Shown: piece after piece, positions 8,984 through 17,859 of the stretch
Position numbering within the stretch: the first letter of the stretch is position 1
How the letters are laid out: every line of letters begins with the position of its first letter
From: an uncultured Geminicoccaceae bacterium
Lineage (GTDB): Bacteria; Pseudomonadota; Alphaproteobacteria; Geminicoccales; Geminicoccaceae
DNA length: 46,753 nt
Assembly: GCA_964412385.1 (NCBI GenBank)
Contig: CAYPOV010000002.1
Span: 1-46,753, forward strand
Direction: 5' to 3'
Translations under genes and position numbers: made by a program
Notes under the pieces: generated by a model
The model's input: the letters and a program-made list of their open reading frames with translations, nothing else
What the model was told of the DNA's origin: nothing
Database searches by the model: none

Positions 8984-10213
8984 ATGATGGAGCTTCAAGG
9001 CGATGCCCTTCTGATAGGACAATTTCTGACCTTAACATTGGGCATCATCGTCCTCTTCGTCGGGAGGCGCCTCAACCAATCGATCGCGGTCCTGCAAAAT
9101 TTCAGCATCCCGGAAGCCGTCAGCGGCGGTCTGCTGTTTTCGATCGTTTTCTTCGTGATTTACGAGATCTCGGGCGTTGGTGTGACATTTGAACTCGAAG
9201 GGCGAGATATCCTTCTCATCTATTTCTTCACCACGATCGGCATCAATGCCAGCCTCAAGGACCTAATCGCCGGCGGCAAACCTCTCATCATCCTCCTTGC
9301 CATCACCATTGCCTACATGGTCGTCCAGAACATCACCGGCATCACCATGGCAGCGTTATTCGGTCAGCCGACGGCTGTGGGCTTGTTGGGCGGTACCGTC
9401 TCCTTAATCGGCGGTTACGGCACGTCGATCGCCTGGGCGCCCCGCATCGCGGAGGATTTCAACGTTCCCAATGCTGCGGAAATCGGTGTCGCTTGTGCCA
9501 CCTTCGGCCTGATCCTGGCGAGCTTGATGGGCGGACCGATCGCCAACTTCCTGATCTCTCGCCACAAACTCAAGCCGGTGGCAGTCGAGAATCAGGACGT
9601 CGGTTTGTCGGACGAGGAAGAAAAGCGAGGTATCAATCATCTCGACTTTTTGGATGCCGTTTTGGCGATCCATATCAGCGCGCTCTTGGGCATTCTGTTG
9701 AATGATGCAATTGCCGGTTTGGGGCTCCAACTACCGCTATTCGTGACCTGTCTCTTTGGCGGGATCATTCTGACCAATCTCGTCCCCAAGAATTTTCCCA
9801 GAATTTCGGGAAGACAATGGCCGACACGCACGCCGGCGATGGCGCTCATTGCCGAAATTGCGTTGGGCACGTTCCTCGCCATGTCGCTCATGAGCATGCA
9901 GCTTTGGACACTGATTGATCTCGCCGGACCCCTTCTCGGAATACTGATGGCGCAATTCATCGTCGCCGTACTTGTGAATATTTTCATCATCTTCCCGGCG
10001 ATGGGCCGGAATTATGACGCTGCTGTGGTATCCTCGGGTTTCGGCGGCATCTCGCTTGGCTCGACACCGACCGCCATGGCCAACATGTCGGCCGTGACAC
10101 ACCGCTACGGCGCCTCCAATCTGGCCTTTATCGTCGTTCCTTTGGTCTGTGCCTTCTTCATCGATTTGGTGAACGCGCTCCTGATACCGTTCTTTCTCCA
10201 GAACTTCGGATAA
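8984..10213 (+). CDS. gltS: Sodium/glutamate symporter GltS
   Basis: 409 aa and polytopic. The N-terminus LLIGQFLTLTLGIIVLFVGRRLNQSIAVLQNFSIPEAVSGGLLFSI and the overall length are characteristic of GltS. Confidence 0.9.
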   Translation: MMELQGDALLIGQFLTLTLGIIVLFVGRRLNQSIAVLQNFSIPEAVSGGLLFSIVFFVIYEISGVGVTFELEGRDILLIYFFTTIGINASLKDLIAGGKPLIILLAITIAYMVVQNITGITMAALFGQPTAVGLLGGTVSLIGGYGTSIAWAPRIAEDFNVPNAAEIGVACATFGLILASLMGGPIANFLISRHKLKPVAVENQDVGLSDEEEKRGINHLDFLDAVLAIHISALLGILLNDAIAGLGLQLPLFVTCLFGGIILTNLVPKNFPRISGRQWPTRTPAMALIAEIALGTFLAMSLMSMQLWTLIDLAGPLLGILMAQFIVAVLVNIFIIFPAMGRNYDAAVVSSGFGGISLGSTPTAMANMSAVTHRYGASNLAFIVVPLVCAFFIDLVNALLIPFFLQNFG

Positions 10214-10231
10214 TCGCTGAAGAGTATCGCC

Positions 10232-11737
10232 ATGGCTCGTTCGATTGATCATCCGAATGTCTTGCTGATCATGGTTGATCAGATGAAGGCGACGGCCAGC
10301 CATCTTTGGGGAAGTCGCTTCTGCCGAACCCCGGCACTCGAGGCGTTGGCATCACGAGGGGTCCTGTTCGATCAGGCATTCACGCCGCATCCTCTTTGCG
10401 TTCCGGCGCGCGTCGCCATGTGGACGTCGCGCTGGCCGCATCAAACGGGTTCGCGCCTCAATGAGACCCCGATGCCGGACGGCGCCATGCACGCTATTCG
10501 ATTGTGGAAAGAGAACGGCTTCAATACCGCATTGATCGGCAAGAACCACTGTTTCGCATCGCCCGAGGACCAAGCACTCTTCGATGTGTGGTGCGAAATC
10601 ACACACCACGGCCGGCCCGATGGTGTGGCCACACGAGGCATGGATTGGTGGCGTCCTTTGGAGGCGATCGACGAAGCGCATGAGATGCGGCGCGTTATGC
10701 AAGGTGGCAGGGGCGACGCCAAGCCGGTCGACCTCGGCGCATTTTCCTATGCCGTGACCGACTATGACCATGCCGATTACAGCACGGGCCTCATTGCCGG
10801 ACAAACCGTGCGATTTCTTGAAGAGAACAAAGACCAACCCTTTGCTGCCTGGATTTCTATCCCCGATCCTCACACACCCTACGAGGCGCCGCGGCACTAT
10901 TTCGAGCAGGTCATGAATTCAGGGGTCGAGATCCCGCCTTGGCGCACGGACGAGTTCCTCGATGCACCTGAACGGAACCAAATCCTGCATCGCATGATCG
11001 GGCTGGATAATATCGAACGCGATCATGTTGTCGCCGTGATCGCTGCTTACCATGCGATGGTCGCCTTCATCGATGACGCCATCGCCGAGATTATAGCTGC
11101 ATTGGAACGCCTGGATCTTTGGAACAACACTCTCGTCGTCTTTTGCTCCGACCATGGTGATTTCTCGGGTGAGCACATGATGATGGGCAAGGGCGGTGCG
11201 TTCCATGATTGTTTAGTGCGAGTTCCTATGATTATCGCAGGTGCCGGGATCGAAGAGCAGGAGCGGCGCGAGCCGTCTCTTGTCAGTCTGATTGATCTCG
11301 TCCCGACGCTTCTCCACCTGCAGCGTCTTGATATCCCTGAGACGATGATGGGACGTCTCATGCCAGGCGTGACGGATGGTACTCCCAGAGAAGCGATCTG
11401 TGCCGAATATGGCGCGGGTGGTCAGCAATTCCGGCTTGGTGATCTCGAAGCCCAAGAGTCGACCACGGGGCGGGCCGCGATTGCCGAGAGCTTAGTTTGG
11501 CGCGAAACCGAAGGCTTGCGCAAAATGGTTCGTACAGATCGATGGAAGTGGGTTCATGACCCCTTGGGTGATCACGATGAGCTCTATGACCTCGCAACCG
11601 ACCCCCATGAACTCACGAACCTTGCCCAACGGTCGGGATATCAGCCGATCATCGAAGAAATGCGCCAACACCTCACGCACTGGTCAATTCTCACCGAACC
11701 CCATAGAGTGACACCGAGACGTCAGGGATTGGCCTGA
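10232..11737 (+). CDS. Cys-type sulfatase (arylsulfatase/choline-sulfatase-like)
   Basis: 501 aa. The N-terminus is NVLLIMVDQ. The formylglycine motif is C-V-P-A-R in HPLCVPARVAMWTS. Downstream segments GKNH and FCSDHGD are typical of the family. Confidence 0.92.
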   Translation: MARSIDHPNVLLIMVDQMKATASHLWGSRFCRTPALEALASRGVLFDQAFTPHPLCVPARVAMWTSRWPHQTGSRLNETPMPDGAMHAIRLWKENGFNTALIGKNHCFASPEDQALFDVWCEITHHGRPDGVATRGMDWWRPLEAIDEAHEMRRVMQGGRGDAKPVDLGAFSYAVTDYDHADYSTGLIAGQTVRFLEENKDQPFAAWISIPDPHTPYEAPRHYFEQVMNSGVEIPPWRTDEFLDAPERNQILHRMIGLDNIERDHVVAVIAAYHAMVAFIDDAIAEIIAALERLDLWNNTLVVFCSDHGDFSGEHMMMGKGGAFHDCLVRVPMIIAGAGIEEQERREPSLVSLIDLVPTLLHLQRLDIPETMMGRLMPGVTDGTPREAICAEYGAGGQQFRLGDLEAQESTTGRAAIAESLVWRETEGLRKMVRTDRWKWVHDPLGDHDELYDLATDPHELTNLAQRSGYQPIIEEMRQHLTHWSILTEPHRVTPRRQGLA

Positions 11738-11752
11738 GATAGGGGGAAGGAA

Positions 11753-12775
11753 ATGACCATGCGGGTAGCAGTCGGTCAGTTCAAACATGTGAGCGACGAA
11801 GATCTGAGCTTTGCGGCCCAGATCGGTGTCAGCGGGATAACCTTCAATCAACCTGATTTTGATACGACGCGATGGCGCGAAACGCTGGGGCGACATGGAC
11901 CTGATCCCGGGGCCGACGCAGCGCCTCCTCCCTATTTTCAGTTCATGGATCTCTTGCGCCTGCGCACGATGATCGAAAGCTATGGCCTCAAGCTCGAGGC
12001 TATCGAGAACGTGCCCGGCCGATATATGGACAAGATCAAGCTCGGTCTTCCCGGCCGCGACGAGCAGATCGAGAATTACAAGACACTGATCCGAAATATG
12101 GGTGCGGCTGGCATTCCTATCCTCGGCTATAACTTCAATCTGACCCGGGTCTGGCGAACCACGCGTGCAGAGCCCGGCCGAGGCGGTGCCCGCAACACCG
12201 CGTTCGATCTCGACCTCCTCGCCAACACACCAAATCTCTATCCGCAAACTATTTCATCCGAGCAGGTCTGGGACAATTACCGCCACTTTATCGAGAAAGT
12301 GCTGCCGGAGGCCGAGGCATCGGGTGTGACCATGGCGCTCCATCCTGACGACCCCCCGGTGCCGATGCTGGGGGGTGTGGCCCGCGTCATGATCGACCTC
12401 GAAGGGTTCAACCGTGCCATGGCCTTCGGGACCAGTGACGCCCACGGTCTCGATTTCTGCATGGGAACGTGGTCCGAAGGGGGCATCGAGAAAATGTTCG
12501 AGGCCATGGAGCATTTCGGCCGCGCCGGCAAGCTCGTCTATTTGCATTTTCGCAATGTTCAAGGCTGCCTTCCGAAGTTCACGGAAGCCTTCATTGACGA
12601 AGGTGACGTCGATGTCGTTCGCGCCATCCGTTTGCTTCATGAGATCGGTTTCAATGGCTTCATCATCGACGATCATGTTCCGGCGATGGCGGGCGACACC
12701 GCTTGGGGTCATCGCGGCCGTGCCTATTCAACAGGCTTCATCAAAGGCCTCGTGAGGGCGATCACGGGAGACTAG
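11753..12775 (+). CDS. uxuA: Mannonate dehydratase (UxuA) family protein
   Basis: 340 aa. NYKTLIRNMGAAGIPILGYNFN, VTMALHPDDPPVPMLG, GDVDVVRAIRLL, DDHVP and YSTGFIKGL align by eye with the E. coli UxuA motifs HPDDPPRPILG, GDVDMYEVVKAI, RPDHG and GYSAIGRLKGL. There is a good RBS (GGAAGGAAATG). Confidence 0.85.
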   Translation: MTMRVAVGQFKHVSDEDLSFAAQIGVSGITFNQPDFDTTRWRETLGRHGPDPGADAAPPPYFQFMDLLRLRTMIESYGLKLEAIENVPGRYMDKIKLGLPGRDEQIENYKTLIRNMGAAGIPILGYNFNLTRVWRTTRAEPGRGGARNTAFDLDLLANTPNLYPQTISSEQVWDNYRHFIEKVLPEAEASGVTMALHPDDPPVPMLGGVARVMIDLEGFNRAMAFGTSDAHGLDFCMGTWSEGGIEKMFEAMEHFGRAGKLVYLHFRNVQGCLPKFTEAFIDEGDVDVVRAIRLLHEIGFNGFIIDDHVPAMAGDTAWGHRGRAYSTGFIKGLVRAITGD

Positions 12776-12844
12776 TTGCCGAAACCGTTGTCCCAGAGGT
12801 GCAAGCGGTGTTATCGTGAACGCATAAGAAAGCAGGAGGCATTC

Positions 12845-14785
12845 ATGAGATTTGAACAGAGGTGGCCTATTCTTGCCTGGGGCGCTGCGCTTGGCTTGGC
12901 ATTTTCAACTCATGCTTGGGCTTACCAGGAAGCACCCGGACTGGCTGAGAAAGTTGCTGCAGGCGAACTTCCGCCGGTCGACGAGCGTCTGCCCGAGAAC
13001 CCCGAAGTCATCGAGCCGCATGAAAGTGTTGGGGTCTATGGCGGCACCATCAATCGCGGCCTCGTCGGCGGCAATGATCACAACAATATCCTCCGGATCA
13101 TCGGTCCGCAGGGGCTGGTTCGCTGGAACATCGACTACACCGAGGTCATCCCTAATCTCGCCGAGAGCTGGGAGGTCAGCGATGATGGTACCGAATTCAC
13201 ATTCCATTTGCGACCCGGCATCAAATGGTCGGATGGCACGCCATTCACCGCCGACGACATCATGTTTTTCGTCGAAGATCTTCTTAACCACGAAGAGTTT
13301 TACAAGGGAGCGGTCCCGCGTGCTTATTCAGCCGGCGGCGAGACCATGACGGCTGAGAGAATCGACGATCATACTGTGACCTTCAAGTTTGCTGCACCCT
13401 ATGGTGGTTTCTTGGATCAATTGGCAACGCCACTAGGACAGCATCCGGTGCTGTGGGCGAAGCATTACTGTTCGCAGTTTCACCCGGACTACAATGACGA
13501 TCTTCAGCCACTACTTAACGAGTATCAAGCAAGCGATTGGATCGATCTCTTTTCCCAGCGCTGTGGTGACATCGAGATTCCCCCGCGTTGGGGAAATCCT
13601 GAAAGGCCGGTGCTCGATCCATGGATGGTGGCGGAACCCTATACGGGTGGCTCCGTGCGCGTTGTGTTGGAACGCAACCCCTATTTCTGGCAGGTCGATT
13701 CGGAGGGCAACCAGCTTCCCTACATCGACCGCGTCGCCTTCAATCTCCACCAGAATGCGGAAAGTTTGATCCTGGCGGTAATTGGCGGAGAGATTGATCT
13801 TCAGAGCCGTCATATCGACGCGCCGGCCAATCGGCCCGTTTTCTTCGAGAACGCGGAAAGCGGCGGTTACGAAATCTACAATCTCGTTCCGGATGATGCC
13901 AACTCCACCGGCATCTACCTCAACCTCACCCACAAAGATCCGGTAATCCGCGAGATTTTCAACAACAAGGATTTCCGTATCGCCCTCAGCCATGGGATCG
14001 ATCGCGACGAGATCATCGAACTCGTCTATTTCGGTCTTGGTGAACCCTGGCAAACCAGCCCTTTGCCCGATCATCCTCTCTACAACGAGCAGCTTGCCAC
14101 GCAGTTCACGGAATATGATCCGGACAAGGCCAACTCCTTGCTCGACTCGATTGGCCTTGCGGAACGGGACTCCAACGGCGTTCGCTTGATGCCAGACGGA
14201 CGGCCCCTTTCGCTGGAAGTGGACATCATCCCTGCCATGAACCCCGAGCGCGCCGACGTTATGGAACTCATTGCCCAGCAATGGCAGGACATTGGTGTCG
14301 ATCTTCGGCTCAACGCGATGGACCGGACGCTGTTCTTCGAGCGGGATACGAGTAATGAGCATGAAATTTCAGTTTGGGGCTTGGCAAGCGGCCTCAATCC
14401 CGAGCTAGACGCGCGCGGCATCATCCCGATCCACAATCACGGCTCACGTTTTGCGATCCCGTGGGCGCAATGGTATCTCTCGGGCGGTGAGCAAGGCGAA
14501 GAGCCGCCACAGGATATGAAAGAGCGGCTCGAGCTTCTCGATGAACATGCCAAGACACTCGATCCGCAAAAGCGTCGAGAGCTGTTCGCCGAGATCTTGC
14601 AGCGTAGCGCCGATGGTTTCGAGGTGATGGGAGTCTCTACGGCACCCATGGGTGTGGGCGTGAAAGATAGAGATCTTCGCAACGTGCCCGAAACCATGCC
14701 GGGCGCCTGGATGTATCCGACACCAGCGCCCTCATTGCCGCAGCAATACTATTTTGTGGAAGGTGCCGACGACCACGAAAGCTAG
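12845..14785 (+). CDS. Family-5 (peptide/oligosaccharide/nickel type) ABC substrate-binding protein, orphan
   Basis: The track ORF starts at TTG 12776. The ATG at 12845 has an AGGAGG RBS and gives the signal peptide MRFEQRWPILAWGAALGLAFSTHAWA. At about 646 aa it has the typical length and pattern of the family. No permease or ATPase genes are nearby. Confidence 0.88.
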   Translation: MRFEQRWPILAWGAALGLAFSTHAWAYQEAPGLAEKVAAGELPPVDERLPENPEVIEPHESVGVYGGTINRGLVGGNDHNNILRIIGPQGLVRWNIDYTEVIPNLAESWEVSDDGTEFTFHLRPGIKWSDGTPFTADDIMFFVEDLLNHEEFYKGAVPRAYSAGGETMTAERIDDHTVTFKFAAPYGGFLDQLATPLGQHPVLWAKHYCSQFHPDYNDDLQPLLNEYQASDWIDLFSQRCGDIEIPPRWGNPERPVLDPWMVAEPYTGGSVRVVLERNPYFWQVDSEGNQLPYIDRVAFNLHQNAESLILAVIGGEIDLQSRHIDAPANRPVFFENAESGGYEIYNLVPDDANSTGIYLNLTHKDPVIREIFNNKDFRIALSHGIDRDEIIELVYFGLGEPWQTSPLPDHPLYNEQLATQFTEYDPDKANSLLDSIGLAERDSNGVRLMPDGRPLSLEVDIIPAMNPERADVMELIAQQWQDIGVDLRLNAMDRTLFFERDTSNEHEISVWGLASGLNPELDARGIIPIHNHGSRFAIPWAQWYLSGGEQGEEPPQDMKERLELLDEHAKTLDPQKRRELFAEILQRSADGFEVMGVSTAPMGVGVKDRDLRNVPETMPGAWMYPTPAPSLPQQYYFVEGADDHES

Positions 14786-14810
14786 GAGACGCAAGACGCG
14801 GGCGTCGATC

Positions 14811-15488
14811 ATGAGGTTGTCGACGCCCGTCCAGATGGCACTGGCCCTCAGTGTCCTCGCCTCATGCGGGGGAGATGGTAAAGAGCGTCAGCTCGCCTTT
14901 CTCAAAGAATTGGATCCGTCGATTTGCTGCGGTCGGGCTGAAACCGGCGAGGTACGAATCTATAATTTTGCGCTCGAAGAACTCGAGATTGGCAACCAAA
15001 CTGTGCTCCCCGAAGGCGCAAGCGAAGAAGATCAAAGAAATAGCGAAGATTTCGTGCAAGCGGTCGAGGATTTATTGAAGCGCCGACTCAAGACCGAAGG
15101 CGGTGACGGCGTTCTTCAAGTCACTATTCTTGAAGCCAGTGTGCTCAGAAAAACCGAAGAAGACCTAGAAAGTGCCGAGAACCAGTCGACACTGGATAGC
15201 TATTCCAACGCCATTGTCGACTTGGCGATGACGATGGCTGTGATCGGCACGAATGGCGAGGTTCTCAAACAAGCGGACATCGCCTTGGAACCGAAGCTCG
15301 GCGAAATCACGGGCGTTCGCGACCTTACTGCCTACGGGCACTTCGACATCGCCGCAAGTGATGTGCTGTTTCAGCTCGATGGCGAGATCGACAAACAGGT
15401 GCTCTTGAACTTCCTACCCTATTTGGATCCCGCAAAAACCAATGATGATCTTAAGGGGCTATGGAACTCTGACTTTTTCAGTCTCTAG
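14811..15488 (+). CDS. Acidic lipoprotein of unknown function
   Basis: The internal ATG gives MRLSTPVQMALALSVLASCGG, a lipobox with Cys. The remainder is acidic with no motif I recognise. Its stop overlaps the stop of the convergent sulfatase gene in a CTAG. Confidence 0.6.
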   Translation: MRLSTPVQMALALSVLASCGGDGKERQLAFLKELDPSICCGRAETGEVRIYNFALEELEIGNQTVLPEGASEEDQRNSEDFVQAVEDLLKRRLKTEGGDGVLQVTILEASVLRKTEEDLESAENQSTLDSYSNAIVDLAMTMAVIGTNGEVLKQADIALEPKLGEITGVRDLTAYGHFDIAASDVLFQLDGEIDKQVLLNFLPYLDPAKTNDDLKGLWNSDFFSL

Positions 15489-16936
15489 CTTTCGCGGTCC
15501 CAAGGATAGGTACGTCGCCAACCGCGCTGATGGGCCGGATGGCCTTCGGTCATTGTCGTATAGGGATAGCGTTTGTCCTCATGCGCGTTGGCTGTCGCCT
15601 TGAACATTTCTTGCACCAGTGCGGCATCGAGCCGGCTGCGCAGATCCTGCTTGCCTGGATCATTGGCGAGGTTGCGTGCTTCAGTTGGATCCTCGTCCAA
15701 ATCATAGAGTGTCACCAGACCATTCGTATAGTGTGACAGCCGGAAACGACCGTCTGTGATCATGACGCCATTGCCGACCGCGCCGAGCGCGTACTGACGC
15801 GGCTCGCCTGTTCCGATGCCGGGCAATGCGTAGGACTCCTTGCCCGTCGTATTGTCGAGCCCTGCCACTTCAAGAAAACTCGCAAAAAGATCCGTGACGG
15901 TGACAAGTGCGTTGGACCTCTTAGCGGCGGTCTGACCTGGCATGTGGAGCAGCATCGGCACATGCATCGCCGCCTCGAAGAACAGATTCTTGCCGATGAA
16001 ATCGAAGTCGCCGACAAAATCACCATGATCGGCGGCGAACACGATCATCGTATTATCGGCATCGCCGCGCGCTTCGAGGGCGTCGAGAATGGCGCCTACT
16101 TGCTCATCGATCATGGCGATGAGAGCGCAGTAATGAACGCGAACGCGCTGTTTGGTGCTCTCGGGAAAATCACTTAAATCAACCCGCGACGAGCCACCTG
16201 CGTGGCTCTTGATCCAGCCCTCCAAGAAACGGTCCGTGTCTTCTGTGCGCGGCAAAGATGGAGGCATATCCTCGTAGCGGAAGCGTTCGGCCCACTCCCG
16301 CGGCGGGTTATAGGGATCATGCGGGCCCGGGAAGGCAACATGCAGCGCAAAGGGTTTTTCACTCTTGTAGGATTCGAGAAACTGCGCGGCCTCGCGGCCC
16401 GTCCAGACATCGACTTGGTGCTCCGTCGGGACGTCGCTGATCGACGCCATCTTGAATTCCGTGTAGCCTTCCTCCTCCCAGCCTCGAACCTTTTTGAGAT
16501 CATGCTGAGCCAAGTACCGGGCGTAGTCGTCCTCGATATGAATATGACGCTTGTCCTCGGCGATCACGCGATGATCGAAGCCCTCGTCGCTATCCCATGG
16601 GATGAAATGCATCTTGCCGATGGCTTCGGTATGATAGCCCGCTTCGGACAACAAAGACGGCCAGCTTGGCATGCCACAGGCCTCATGATCCGGCCTTAGC
16701 CAGTAATTGTTGGTAAGAACTCCTGTCGTCAGAGCGTTGCAGCCTGTCAGCAGCGCTGCGCGCGCCGGGATACAGACGGGGTGAGGGGAGATTGCGCGCT
16801 CGAACACGGTCGATTTGGCTGCCAACCGGTCGATGTTTGGTGTGGAAATAAACTGAGCCCCATAGCAACTCAAGAAATCCCAGCGCAATTGGTCCGGAAA
16901 GAGAAAAAGAATGTTCGGCTTTGCGACCACGATCAT
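15485..16936 (-). CDS. Cys-type sulfatase
   Basis: 483 aa. The N-terminus is NILFLFPDQ. The motif is C-I-P-A-R-A-A-L-L-T-G. The segments GKMH and FAADHGD are also present. Confidence 0.92.
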   Translation of the reverse strand: MIVVAKPNILFLFPDQLRWDFLSCYGAQFISTPNIDRLAAKSTVFERAISPHPVCIPARAALLTGCNALTTGVLTNNYWLRPDHEACGMPSWPSLLSEAGYHTEAIGKMHFIPWDSDEGFDHRVIAEDKRHIHIEDDYARYLAQHDLKKVRGWEEEGYTEFKMASISDVPTEHQVDVWTGREAAQFLESYKSEKPFALHVAFPGPHDPYNPPREWAERFRYEDMPPSLPRTEDTDRFLEGWIKSHAGGSSRVDLSDFPESTKQRVRVHYCALIAMIDEQVGAILDALEARGDADNTMIVFAADHGDFVGDFDFIGKNLFFEAAMHVPMLLHMPGQTAAKRSNALVTVTDLFASFLEVAGLDNTTGKESYALPGIGTGEPRQYALGAVGNGVMITDGRFRLSHYTNGLVTLYDLDEDPTEARNLANDPGKQDLRSRLDAALVQEMFKATANAHEDKRYPYTTMTEGHPAHQRGWRRTYPWDRES

Positions 16937-16954
16937 TTCCTTCGAGGCAGAAGA

Positions 16955-17791
16955 TCAGGATGACATATTCTCGAGCGACTGCACCCATTCAGCGAAAGCG
17001 GGTTTCCATTCGGGATGCCAGCGAGAAAGGGGCGGGCGGCGTTCGATGAGATCATGGGCCGCCCAAAGCATGCGTTGGCGATCCATCTCTTCGGTGACCT
17101 CATCGTCGGGGCAAATGATGTAGAACTCTCCGCGCGCGAGATGCTCCAGGAAAAAATCCACTAACTGGTCAGGCATCCAGGCGCCGGGCTTGTGCTCGTC
17201 ATTGCCGGTCGTGGTCCAGCCGGGAACTAGTAGGTGGGCCGTGACCTTCCGGTTAGGATCTTGACGCAGTGCATGCTCGAGCCCTTCCGTGTAGGTTTTC
17301 ACAGCCGATTTTGCGACATTGTAAATGGTAAAGCCGGGCGGATTGGTAATGCCCTGTTTGGAGCCGAGATTAACGATGGCGCCGGGCTTGTTGCGCGCTG
17401 TCATGCTTGGCGCGAAGACACGAACGCCGTTGACTACACCGAAAAGATTGACATCAATAGCGCGGCGCCAGTCTTCCAGAGGGCCGTTAATATCGCCGCC
17501 GATACGTAGCACTGCGTTATTGATCAACACGGCTGGCGCATCGCCCCATCGTGCCTTGATCGCACTCCGCGCCATTTCTAGGTCCTCGAGGCGGCTCACA
17601 TCGCCTGAAACCGTGAGCGCTTCGCCCTCCACCTCTGAGGCAGCAGCGTCCAAGCGTCCCTGATCGATGTCGAACATGCAGACCTTCAGGCCCAATGAGG
17701 CTAGTCTCTGGCTGAGGGAACGGCCAATGCCGAGTGCAGCACCCGTCACAACAGCAATGTTGCCGTGCTTGAGGGCTGGGTGGTGCGCCAT
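16955..17791 (-). CDS. Short-chain dehydrogenase/reductase (SDR)
   Basis: 278 aa. It has the TGxxxGxG motif (VTGAALGIG), NNAV, and the catalytic YxxxK (YNVAKSAVK). It ends 18 nt upstream of the sulfatase start on the same strand. Confidence 0.9.
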   Translation of the reverse strand: MAHHPALKHGNIAVVTGAALGIGRSLSQRLASLGLKVCMFDIDQGRLDAAASEVEGEALTVSGDVSRLEDLEMARSAIKARWGDAPAVLINNAVLRIGGDINGPLEDWRRAIDVNLFGVVNGVRVFAPSMTARNKPGAIVNLGSKQGITNPPGFTIYNVAKSAVKTYTEGLEHALRQDPNRKVTAHLLVPGWTTTGNDEHKPGAWMPDQLVDFFLEHLARGEFYIICPDDEVTEEMDRQRMLWAAHDLIERRPPLSRWHPEWKPAFAEWVQSLENMSS

Positions 17792-17859
17792 AAATTGCCT
17801 CCCTTTTGCGGAAACGAAGCCTTATCTCAACGTAGGCCGAGACAAGGGATAGTTAGGCA

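Noticed and set aside
12776-12844. N-terminal extensions in the ORF track (12776, 14754, 20957, 22062, 32197, 38518, 40575 starts)
   Set aside because: The longest-ORF starts add basic, non-conserved leaders or overlap neighbouring genes. Internal starts give proper signal peptides, lipoboxes or RBSs (12845, 14811, ~21167, 22104, 32275, 38782, 40623).
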